NCBI GenBank assembly: GCA_051313645.2
Contig: JBNRSN020000013.1
Location: forward strand, 3,906,001 to 3,970,000
DNA: 64,000 nucleotides
Reading direction: 5' to 3'
DNA from: Centroscyllium fabricii
Taxonomy: Eukaryota
In this document: one piece after another, positions 45,594-56,623 of the stretch
How positions within the stretch are numbered: position 1 is the first letter of the stretch
Layout of the letters: the number at the start of each line of letters is the position of its first letter
The notes under the pieces: model-generated
What the model was told of the DNA's origin: nothing
The model's database searches: none
What the model saw: the letters and a program-made list of their open reading frames with translations, nothing else
Program-made: the position numbers and the translations under genes

Positions 45594-45921
45594 ATTTGGA
45601 TGATCAGCCGCGATCTCATTGAATGGCGGAGCGGGCTCGAGGGGCTGAATGGCCTACTCCTATCTTTTATGTTTCTGTGCCACCGATCACCATCCCCAAG
45701 AAACAAAGATCCTTGTTTGTCCTCCCTCCACCGTCGTGTCACACAATGCATAACATCCGCACACGTGTTTGATAATTTTGCTAAATTTGATTCATGTGCT
45801 GGCTCGTTTTCGGATTGATTCCCCACCCCACCTATCCCATTGACCAGGAACAAAAATGGAAATTGCTGGAAATACACGGCAAAGTCAGTCAGCATCTGTA
45901 GAGACAATTAACAAGTTAGAT

Positions 45922-46620
45922 CAGCCCAGAATTTGCTGGAGAAGGGCATCTCATGGCGTGCCCAGTTAGGCTGGTTCCTGCAGCTCAATTTAGCAAAGTT
46001 TTGCCCACAAAGTTGCTGGAAGTGTGAGCTGATCCCAGCACAGTGATGGAAATAAGGCTTTTTTGACCCTAGTCAGCAGGGTATATATTCTTAACCAATG
46101 AGATTAAAGGATTGAAAAATAAACAGGACGGACTGGGAAGGAGGGTGAATTAGAGTGAGTGCATTCAATGTTAAATCAGGTACAGAAAGAGAAATAAAGA
46201 TCGGATTAAGAGATGAAAAAAGAGAGACAAAGGAAAAGTAAGACTTTTTAAATGACATTTTAAAAATCTAAAACAATCCACAACCTGGATCATTCACTTT
46301 CTGGGCAAGAGAGGTAGATTGGCAGTCATTAACAATGATCACATCATTAAAAGGGTACTTGCGATTAATTACTAGTTAACATTCTGTGGTGTGTTTAATG
46401 GGCAAATGCAGCAACTTCAGGAAAATCACGGTGAGGTTAAGGGAGAGATGCTGTTGTCGCGAAGCTAGGCGGTGCGGCACAAATCGTCCAGGAACTTGTG
46501 GCGATAGCGATTTGCAATTCACGGGGTAGCTTCCTTGCCACAGGTTGCTGGCTGATTTGCATATTAATAACGGCATGCGTCGTTCATACACCATTATATT
46601 TTTCAGCAAATTTGGGGCTG
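45922..46620. mobile_element. MITE with TIRs of about 17 bp inside another pLTR remnant
   Basis: CAGCCCAGAATTTGCTG versus CAGCAAATTTGGGGCTG. Confidence 0.7.
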
Positions 46621-46879
46621 TAAATATTTTGGGTGAGACCCTTCTTCAAAAACAGTCTTTTCAGCATTTTCTGTTTTTATTTCCAGTATCTGCAGTAATT
46701 TACTGTTTACCCAAATTGTCTAGTATTGTACCATGATTCTGCTTTAGAAGGCGATATGGGACAGTTGATTTTAAGGATATCCTGTTGTAGTAATGTGTAG
46801 ATTGCTGGTTTACATTCTAAAACGGCATCTAGTAGGCTGAGGGCGAGCTACAAAATATATCCGTCTAGAATATTCCATC

Positions 46880-47165
46880 TGTTGACTAGAATTATACCAG
46901 AAATGAGAGGTTATACCTATCAGGAAAGATTGAACAGGCTGGGTCTCTTTTCTCTCAAAGAGATGACTGAGGGGTGATTTGATTGAGGGCTTTAAGATTA
47001 TGAAAGGGTTTGATAGGTTATATGTAGAGAAGATGTTTTCACTTGTGGGCGAGACCAGAACTAGAGGCCATAAATATAAGATAATCACTAATAAATCCAA
47101 TCAGGAATTCAGGAGAAATGCCTTCACCCAGTGAGTGGTGAGAATGTGGAACTTGCTACCACACG
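46880..47165 (+). mobile_element. CR1 3' fragment
   Basis: Degenerate LRGDLIE and TRTRGHKYK motifs. Confidence 0.8.
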
Positions 47166-47485
47166 AGTAGATGAGGTCCAGGAAGCCCGGACAGCCATAG
47201 TTAAACCTGTAAAACAGGCTTAATCACAGGCTGCCCGCCTCATTCAAATATTTCAATTGCCAACCTGCCTCCTGGGAGCGATGCGCCGCCCACCCCCTGT
47301 CCCACCGCCGTTAAACTCAGAAGCGGGCAGGTTGGAGATGGGACGACATTTTTAAATCTTCACCTCTGACCTGACCCCAACCCGTCCGTTTTGGGTGTTA
47401 AAATCCAGCCCTTACTGTCTGGGCTCAGACACAGAGGATATTTGATCAGTAATTTCCAGTCTCTTTTCCCTTCTCTTTTTTACAG

Positions 47486-48195
47486 TGAATTTAGTGGCGA
47501 TTGTGATCCTGTCCCAAGGAAAGTGTGGGCTCGCCACCTGCACCACTTGCTACCTGGTGGGCAAGGCAGTGGCGGATCTCCTGGTCATTGTCACTGAGGT
47601 CATACTGAGGAAGATCAATTATCATCATTTCCCAGTGAGTTTACTGGACTTCACTGTGTGTAACATAGAAACATAGAAGATAGGAGCAGGAGTAGGCCAT
47701 TCGGCCCCTCGAGTCTGCTCTGTCATTCAATGAGATCATGGCTGATCATCCAAACTCAGTACCCTGTCCCTGCCTTGTCCCCATATCCCTCTCGAGCCTG
47801 CACCGACACATATCCCACCCTATCCCCGCAACCCCACATATTCAATCCCCCTAACACTAAGGGTCAATTTATCCTGGCCAATTAACCTAACCCGCACATC
47901 TTTGGACTGTGGGAGGAAACCGGAGCACCCGGAGGAAACCCACGCAGACACAGGGAGAATGTGCAAACTCCACACAGATAGTACCCGAGGCTGGATTTGA
48001 ACCCAGGTCTCCAGTGCTGTGAGGCAACAGTGCTAACCACTATGCCACCGTGCCGCCCCAGTGTAGCGTTCTCACTGTCCTAGTCAGTGCTGCCACAGAC
48101 TGTTCTGTCTGGTTCACCGTCACTTTCACCTTTAATCGATTTGTGGCCATTTGTTGCCAAAAGCTGAAATACCAAGAAAACTGCGGCTGTGGTTC
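47486..48195 (+). pseudogene. GPR139/GPR142-like class A GPCR exon fragment (TM1-TM3), split by a SINE and truncated beside an ERV LTR
   Basis: Polypyrimidine/AG acceptor, then NLVAIVILSQGKCGL...YLVGKAVADLLVIV and, after the SINE, CSVLTVLVSAATDCSVWFTVTFTFNRFVAICCQKLK. Confidence 0.75.
47662..48060 (-). mobile_element. Full-length HE1-like V-SINE
   Basis: tRNA-like A/B boxes, V-domain GCGTGGGTTTCCTCCGGGTGCTCCGGTTTCCTCCCAC, CR1-derived tail and (TTCTATGT)n end. Confidence 0.9.
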
Positions 48196-48210
48196 GGAGA
48201 GGGGGAGGGG

Positions 48211-48923
48211 TGTCGAAGTCTCGACCGTTCAAAAAGTAAGACTCTGAAACAAACTTATCGTCAAAGGTAAAATTTTATTAACAGTTAGTTTGCTAGCAAA
48301 CGGGAGCTCACGCAGTCAAAGTCTACGTTAAACTGCTCCGACTACATGGTCAAGAATCAGTATTTTTATACACAAAGATCAAAGCTTTCTACCATGTGAC
48401 ACGGTATTGAGACACAATTATTAACAAAATAAAACAAAAGACAGATGTGTAAGGGATGTCTTTAAGGTTATACAATGATGACTAAAAGGTCAGCAGGGCA
48501 TTATTATTATCCTAAGATAGCCTTGGTCTACAGATGACCAAAAAATCATGAGGCTGAAATACCTTAAGATAGGGTTAACTAATCTTATAAAGTGGAGACA
48601 GTTTGTCTCATCTTGGTTCTGGGCAATTATGAGAATTATGAGAATGTTTATGTTGACTCGTTTCTACAGTTTATCAGTCTTTGCTCTAATCTTCTTGAGG
48701 GTACTGTTTGGCCTTCAGGCCAAGCGAGTCATCTCCTTCCTCTTGCCATTCCCTAATATGGGCCTGCCTGTATTTCTTTGTCTTGTTTTAGCAAAGGTCA
48801 TTTTAACTGCTGAAATGCCAGACTCCATTTTAGTTTAGAAAATGAAATATGTGCTTATTTAATACTACTGTTAAATGTGGATATATATATATATAAAACT
48901 CTGTATGCAACTACACTTCTACA
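48211..48923 (-). mobile_element. ERV 3' LTR, 713 bp
   Basis: TGTAGAAGT...ACTTCGACA termini, preceded by PPT AAAATGGGGGAA; AATAAA near the end. Confidence 0.8.
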
Positions 48924-49222
48924 TTCCCCCATTTTTGTCCTTCCTGGGACAACCCAATCCTCAAAATTTGATCCTGCTTAGTCGGTCCACTTCCTCGAAA
49001 AAGGGCTTGTCCTGATCTTAAAGGGATTCCTCCTGTAGTATGAATAGGTATATGGGCGCGGACCCAACAACTAGATCTACCAGTGGCCCTAGCATGCTCG
49101 TAAGACATGTACAGGAAGGTGTTAACATGCAGTTCTCGTTTCTTTCGGAGATTGTTACTATCTCTCTGACCGTGTATGTGCATCATTTCACGAAGTACAC
49201 AAAGCAGAAACAGTAGCCTCAT
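48924..49222 (-). pseudogene. env: Truncated retroviral env N-terminus
   Basis: Hydrophobic signal-like start, RKKR, NTFL and CWV(R) (degenerate CWxC); located between integrase and PPT. Confidence 0.6.
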
Positions 49223-49224
49223 TA

Positions 49225-50650
49225 TTTAAAATGTCCTTGTCTGGTGACTTCTTGCAATGGCACGCCTGGATCCAAGTCGGTCTTTCCTTGATTTTAACAG
49301 CTGTGTTGGTCGTCAGGAGTACTTGATATGGTCCTTCAAAGCGGGGCTGTAGTCCGTTCTTTTTTTTTAAAGGCCTTTACATATACGTTGTCTCCTGGTT
49401 CCAAGCTGTGGCACTTTCCTTCTGCTGGTTCCGTTTGTGCTTCCTTTACCTGTTGGTGAAAACTGGAAATACATTTGGTTAATGCAATGCAATAATTCAA
49501 CATGTTTTCATCCATCTTATGGATGTCCATTTGCTTAATCGTAAGGGGCGCGGAAAATGGCAGTCTTAATGGTCGTCCCATAACAATCTCATGTGGCGAT
49601 AGTCCAGTTGTCCTGCTGGTTGCTGCTCACATTATCATCAATGCTAGGGGTAATAACTCGACCCATTTAAGTCCAGTCTCATGACAAAGTTTAGAAAGTT
49701 TATTCTTTAGTACCCCGTTGTATCTTTCTACCAATCCTGCCGACTGTGGGTGGTAGCTGCAGTGAAAATGTTGGTTGACCTGTAAAGCTTTGCATAGTTC
49801 TTTTATAATAGTTCCAGTAAAGTGTGATCCGTTATCACATGAAAGTTGTGTCGGTATTCCGAACCTTGGTATGACTTCTTTCAATAAACATTTCGCAACT
49901 GTTACAGCATCATTTTTCTTACATGGAAAAGCTTCTACCCATCTTGAAAACATGTCTACAATTACTAATACATATTTAAATCCGAGACAGGCAGGCAATT
50001 CAATAAAATCCATTTGCAAGTTTACAAAAGGGCCTGTTGAATTTGGGTGGGAGGCAGCCTGTACTTTCTCTGTTTTGCCTGGATTCATTTCTTGGCAAGT
50101 GGTGCACCTTTCGCTAATTTGTTTTACAATAGTCGTAATCCCTGGTGCATACTATGTCTGATTAATATAGTCTGCCATCCCCCCTTTGCCCGCATGCGTG
50201 AACATGTGAACGCATCAGGCAATCCACGGTAGCAAAGATTTAGGAGCCACTATGCGGCCATCATGGTGAACCCATACCCCGTCGGGTGTTTTTAAACAGC
50301 AATCCTTTGCCCAACCTAACACTTCGTCCTAATCAGCCTGTGACTGAAAGGCTAAAACATCATTAAAAGAAGGTGGGTCATTATCTGATTTCTGCTGACA
50401 CAGCGCCAAGACTGATACTTCTGGTCCTGTCGTCGACAGTGCTGCTGCCTTAGCAGCTTTGTCTGCCCGACCGTTACCCAGTGATATCTCATCCTGACTA
50501 CCTGTATGAGCCTGACACTTTATAACTGAAATTTTAGCGGGGCACATCAGAGCTCTCAGAAGATTGTCAATTTGTTCGGCATTTTTAATGGTTGATCCTT
50601 AAGAAGTAAGGAAGCCCCTTAACTTCCAAATCTGTCCATAATCATGGGTG
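49225..50650 (-). pseudogene. pol: Class I (gamma/epsilon-like) ERV pol: RNase H and integrase
   Basis: KCQAHT..GNGRAD, LQMDFIEL, VDMFSRWVEAFP, CDNGSHF and YHPQSAGLVER motifs; several stops. Confidence 0.9.
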
Positions 50651-51030
50651 AGGGGGGCAGGGGTCGGTGGAAGGGGTTGGACGATGAGTAGAGCTTGGTG
50701 GGGGGGCCGGGTGAAAGCATTCCGGAGGCCCAGGAACCCCGGCCAGTCGTAGTTAAACCTGTAAAACAGGTTAAATCAGACAACGACAAGGATGTTGCTG
50801 GTGGGGGATTCGACAATGCCCATACAATTGAATGTCAAGGGGAAGTGATTGGACTCTCTCTTCTTGGAGATAGTTATTGCTTGGGACTTGCGTGGCATGA
50901 ATGTTATTTGCAATTTATCAGTACAAGCCTAACAACCAACTAATTCATTGTTATCCTCATCAGAGGAGAAATAAGTGGGGTCTATTTGGGGTTAAAGTTC
51001 CTGCAAAATATGTCATGCCTTTTGATGGAA

Positions 51031-51990
51031 CTCTTTTATTTAAAACCAATTACAAAAACTCCATTACTTAAAACATTCACAAAAGAAAAGAAAACCCCCA
51101 CATTACCGCTCTTGAGCCGCGGCAAACTCCCAAGACCCAATGCCCACAAGGTAGGGGTCAAAGTTTCAAGTCCTTATGCCCACAAGGCAGGAGTAAAAGT
51201 CACAAGCCCTCATGCCCACAAGGCAGGGGTTACGACCACAAGTCCTCATGGCCGCAGGCAGGGGTCCAAACTCGCCAAGCTTCCTGGTCGTCGTCGCCCA
51301 CCCATCCGGACAGCGGGTCTCCGGGAAAACACACAGACGAGGGTCGGCGCTCCCAGCGGATGGCTGGTGCAGATCCGGCAGTCTCCGGTTGACATTCTAC
51401 TCCATCCGCAGGGCCCTCCGCATCGCCGAGCGGATCCTCCCAATCTCCTGGACAAGCGGACTGAAAGGAAACTCAAAAACACTTGATTAACATTATCACA
51501 TTAAACCAAGATCACCCCGGCCGGGGTGACGATGCACTCCAGTCCCCGCGGCGCCCACCGGTCCCGAAAGACTTCGAGCGTGCCGGCGGACGCCGCGTGC
51601 TCCATCTCCAGGGCCACCCGGGCGCGAACATAGCCGCGGAAGAGAGGCAGGCAATGGGGCCGAACCACCCCCTCGACTGCCCTCTGCCTGGACCTGTTAA
51701 TGGCCACCTTAGGCAGGCTCAGAAGCAGTCCCACGAGGAGGTCCCCCGACCTGACCTCTCCCCTCCGCACCAGGTGGCCGTAGATCAGGAGCGTGGGGCT
51801 GAAGTGCAGCCAAAAGTTGAGGAGCAGCCCATTCAAATAATGGAACAGGGGGTGCAACCTTTCACACTCACTGTAGATGTGGAACACGGACTGCTCCAGG
51901 CCGCAAAAACAGCACTCAGCCTGGGAACCCGTGAACCTGCTGAATAACTTATTGCACGGGACTGTTCCGTGCAACACCCTCCATGCCAAT
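51031..51990 (-). mobile_element. Tx1/L1-clade non-LTR retrotransposon 3' end
   Basis: WRVLHG...CCFCG..SVFHIYSEC zinc-binding ORF2 C-terminus; 3'UTR with about 35-bp tandem repeats and AATAAA. Confidence 0.85.
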
Positions 51991-52029
51991 TTCAGAAGCA
52001 AGTGAACTCTCTGGCAGACTTAGTAACCC

Positions 52030-52260
52030 AACACTAAAAAATAATTTCAAAAGCTAATGGAATGTTGGCCCTTACCTCAAAGGGGCTGGAATACAAAGGG
52101 GTGGGAGTTACATTCCAGCTGTGCAGAGCTCTGGCCAGACCACATCTGTAGAACTGCACCCAATTCTGGGCACCACATCTCAGGAGCGATATATTGGCCT
52201 TGGAGGGGGTGCAGCACAGAGTCACCAGAATGATACAGCGCTAAAAGGGTTAAAATATTA
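52030..52260 (+). mobile_element. CR1 3' fragment
   Basis: LARPHL*NCTQFWAP..LALEGVQHR remnant. Confidence 0.75.
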
Positions 52261-52269
52261 GAACTGGTT

Positions 52270-55235
52270 GCACAAAGGCATGGCATGGCACCTCAGTCCC
52301 ATTGAATGCTCATCCTGCGCCACATGGGAAGTCCAGGATGCTTCTCGTGTTGTGGACAACTGCAGGTGCAGGAAGTGCCGTCAGCTGGAGGAGCTCGAGC
52401 CCCGGGTTTCGGAGCTTGAGCAGCAGCTGGCGTCACTACGGTGCATCCACGAGGCTGAGAGCTACGTGGAGAGCACGATTGAGGAGGTGGTCACCCCGCA
52501 GCTTAAGAGCTTGCAGGCAGAGAGGGAATAGGTGAGCGCCAGATAGACAAGGAAGACCAGACAAGTAGTGGAGGAGTCCCCTGAGTGCCCTCTAAATGAT
52601 ATTCAGTTCTGAATATTGTGAGGGCGATTATTCCTCTGGGAAGTACAGCCAGAGCCAAGGCCATGGCACTATGGGTGGTTCAGCTGTACATGGGGCAAGG
52701 AGGAAGGTCAGAAAAGCATTAGTTACAGGGGGTTCAATATTTAGTGGAACCGACAGGCGTTTCTGCGGCTGCAGACGTGACTGCGGGATGGTACGTTGCC
52801 TTCCTGGTGCCAGGGCCCGGGATGTCACTAAGCGGCTGCAGGATATGCTGAGAGGGGTGGGTGAACAGCCAGAGGTCGTGGTCCATATCGGTACCAATGA
52901 CAAAGAGGGATGAATTCCTGCAGGCAGATTTTAGGGAGCTAGGAAAGAGATTAATAAGCAGGACCTCAAAGATAGTAATCTGCGGATTCCCAGTGCCACG
53001 TGCTAGTGAGCACAGGAACAGGAGGATAAAGCAGATGAATGTGTGGCTGGAGAGGTGGAGCAGGAGGGAGGGCTTTAGATTCCTGAGGCATTGGGATCGG
53101 GTCTTGGGGAGGGAGGACGTGCACAAGCCAGATGGGTTGCACCTCAACAGGGCTCGGATGAATATCCTTGTGGTGTGGGGGCGGGGGGCTTTAATTGTGC
53201 TGTTGGCGAGGGTTTAAACTGGCTTGGTGGGGGATGGGAACCTGAGAGTAGATTCAGAAGGGAGAGAAGTGAAGCTGGAAATGGAAGGCAGAAAATTAGT
53301 ATGGAAGGCAGAGATAACAAAGGCTAGAAAATAGACAACAAGGGTTTTGGCAGTGCTTAATGGTATATTCTTCAATGCAAGGAGTCTAGTGAATAAGGCA
53401 GATGAGCTGAGGGCACAGATAGACACGTGGAAGTCTGATATTATAGCTATTACTGAAACATGGCTGAAAGAAGGGCAGGAATGGCAGCTCAACATTCCTG
53501 GTTACAGGGTTTTCAGACGAGATAGAGAGGGGGATAAAAAAGGAGGGGTGGCTGCAATATTGGTTAAAGAAACAATTACAGTTTTGAGGAGGGTTGATAG
53601 AAGGATCATCAAAGTAGCTCATATGGGTTGAACTGAAGAACAACAAAGGGACAATCGCACTGCTGGGAGTGAACTATAGAGCCCACAATAGTCAGAGGGA
53701 GATAGAAGAGCAAATAGGTAGGCAAATTTCTGAGAAGTGCAAAAACAATAGGGCAGCAATAGTTGGGGATTTCAACTACCCTACTATTAACTGGGATAGA
53801 ATCAGTGTAAAAGAGGGTGCAGAATTCTTAAAATGCATTCAGGAGAACTTTTTTAGCCAGTATGTAGCAAGCCCAACAAGAGAGGCAACAGTTCTGGACT
53901 TGGTTTGAAGGAATGAAGCTGGGCAGGTGGGAGGTGTATCAGTGGGAGACCATTTTGGTGGCAGTGATCATAATTCAGTTAAATTTAGCGTAGTTATTTA
54001 AAAGAACAAAGATGGACCAGGAGTAAAATTTCTCAATTTGGGGAAAGGCCAATTTTACTAAACTGAGATGTGATTTAGCAAAAGTGGACTGGAAACAGCT
54101 ATTTGAAGGTGCATCAGCGTCAGAACAGTGGGGGGGTATTCAAGGAGGAGATAGTGAGGGCTCAGAGCAAAAATGTCCCCACAAAGAAAAAGGGTAGGAC
54201 TCTCAAATCTAGAGCCCCCTAGATGTTAAGGGGTATACAGGGTAGGATAAAGCAAAAAAGGAAAGCTTATGTCAGATACCAAGCGCTAAATACAGGTTGA
54301 ACACCATTAATCCGGCAGGGTCAGGACCAGCACCCTGCCAAATTGTTGAAAACGCCGAATGATTGAAGCTTCGGCGGCGCATGCGCAGATCATTCAAAAT
54401 GGCAGCCGCAAAATTTTGAATGGTCTGCGCATGCGTTTGCCGTTCAGCGGCACATGCGCAGATCATTCGCCGAAGCATCAATCGTCAAGGGCTAACAAGG
54501 CAAGGGAATACACAATAAATGGAGAAGTACAGAGGGACCTTGAAGTGCATGTCCACAGATCCCTGAAGGTAGCAGGACAGGTAGATAAGGTGGTTAAGGA
54601 GGCATATGGGATACTTTCCTTTATTAGTCGAAGCTTTGAATATAAGAGCAGGGAGGTTATGCTTGAACTGTATAAAATGCTAGTTAGACCACAGCTAGAG
54701 TACTGTGCACAGTTCTGGTCACCACACTACAGGAAGGATGTGATTGTAGTAGAAAGGGTACGGAAGAGATTTATAAGGACGTTAATAGGACTGTTGAATT
54801 TTAGCTATGAGGAAAGATTGGATAGTCAGGTGTTGCTTTCTTTGGAACAGAGGAGGCTGAGGGGCGACTTAACTGAGGTGTATAACATTCTGAGGGGCCA
54901 AGATAGGGTGGATAAGAAACATCTATTTCCCTTAGCAGAGATCTCAATAACCAGGGGCATAGATTTAAAGTAATTGGTAGAAGGATCAGAGGGGTGTTGA
55001 GGACTGTTTTCACCCAGAATGTGGTGGGGGTCTGAAACTCACTGCCTGAAAGGGTGGTCATGGCAGAAACCCTCATCACATTTAAAAAGTACTTGGAGAT
55101 GTACTTGAAGTGCCGTAACCTGCAGGACTACGGACCAAGAGCTGGAAAGTGGGATTAGGCTGTGTAGCTCTTTTTCGTCCGGCACAGATATGATGGGGCG
55201 AATGGCCTCCTGTGCCATAAGTTTCTATGATTCTC
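52270..55235 (+). mobile_element. Long degraded CR1 LINE: ORF1 (zinc finger and SGNH esterase), APE endonuclease, internal deletion, 3' end
   Basis: CLPGA, VVHIGTND and DGLHLN (esterase); NARSL, ITETW and GDFN (APE); LVRPQLEYC and RRLRGDL. Confidence 0.9.
54293..54490. mobile_element. Possible Tigger/pogo-like MITE end at the CR1 deletion junction
   Basis: Starts TA|CAGGTTGA and contains repeated GCGCATGCG motifs; no second TIR seen. Confidence 0.35.
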
Positions 55236-55952
55236 TGGGACTAGGCTTGCATTCCATTGAGATTAGAAGATTAAGGGTTGATCTATGCTGGCGTGGATTT
55301 GTACTCTAAAGGTGAAGCAATTATGGGCCGGGAGGGTGGACCATCTATGGGGGAGTCAGATTCATTTGTCAGAACCTCTCCATTAGGAACAGACTCGAGC
55401 ATTTGACGAGTATGTCTGGTGCACAGAGCTGGATTTGAGCTCAGGCTCATGTATCCAGGGCTCGGTTGCCTTCCAGGACTGGGCTGTGGGAGGAACAACC
55501 TCAAATTCTGCACATCCACCTTCCAATGGAATATGGTGCGTGTCCACGCAGCGGGCAATGATGGAGGCAGGGATTTTATATCAGTTAAAATGCTCATCAT
55601 GCTGCCTGGGGGGAGAGCCTGGGATCTGCTGACCCTCTAATGTATGCTACATGAGTATAAGAGGGAGGACAACGTGAACCAACCTGTTCTCCCAGTTGCA
55701 CATCTCCCACTGCCTCTGATATCTGCTTGCCCAGAATTGTGAGGGCTTCTTTTTTTTCAGAAGCACTTAGAGAAATTCCTCTGCCTTTCATTAAAAGTGA
55801 CTTTCTGGTACAAGAAAGTAAACTAGTATGATATGTAGCTGGCTGCCATGACATTTTCTCACACATAGCTGGCAGTAAGCAAGCTGCTAATGGGCTGAGA
55901 TTAATGGTACAAATCATGAGAGGTTTGCAGTGCATTCAGTCATGGAAGGTTA

Positions 55953-56190
55953 CATAGAAACATTGAAACATAGAAGATAGGAGCAGGAGTAGGCCATTCG
56001 GCCCTTCGAGCCTGCTCCGCCATTCAATGAGATCATGGCTGATCATCCAAACCCAGCACCCCGCCCCTGCCCTCCCCCCATATCCCTATCGAGCCTGCAC
56101 CGACACGTATCCCACCCTATCCCCGTAACCCCACATATTCAACCCCCCTAACACTAAGGGTCAATTTATCATGGCCAATCAACCTAACCC
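55953..56190 (-). mobile_element. 5'-truncated HE1-like SINE
   Basis: Near-identical to 47662-47893. Confidence 0.88.
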
Positions 56191-56623
56191 GTTACGAGGG
56201 AAGGTGATGTTGGAAGTGAAGGAAAGGGGTGCGAATGGTCATGCAGCACCTCCTGTGCATTGCTGGTTAACTCACCGATAATTAATTACCTGTGATGAAG
56301 CTTATTCCCATCCACTGGATCTACAAGGACACTTTTTCAATTTGGGGATGACCCTTTTATGTTGCTGCAGCTCTTTAAATGCTGCAGCAGATTACAATTT
56401 CTTGCTTCCCCTCCTTCAACACCTCTTAATGGGAGCCCGACCACAATAAACAAATGAGAATGAATGCAATGGTAGCTGATGCAGGAGGTCCTGCCCAGTC
56501 ACACATCTAGTATTGAATCCGTCCATTGGGAACTCCATTGGTCAGAACAGGATTGCTATTTATTTCATAATAAATGAGGAAAAATTAAGAATAAACATAC
56601 TTACAAATTAAGAATAAACATAT

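Noticed and set aside
47985-48060. tRNA-like sequence with A and B boxes
   Set aside because: It is the head of a SINE, continuous with the V-domain and CR1 tail.
55283-55935. Two ORFs of about 105-112 aa on the minus strand
   Set aside because: No recognisable domain; possibly an old transposon remnant, but unsupported.
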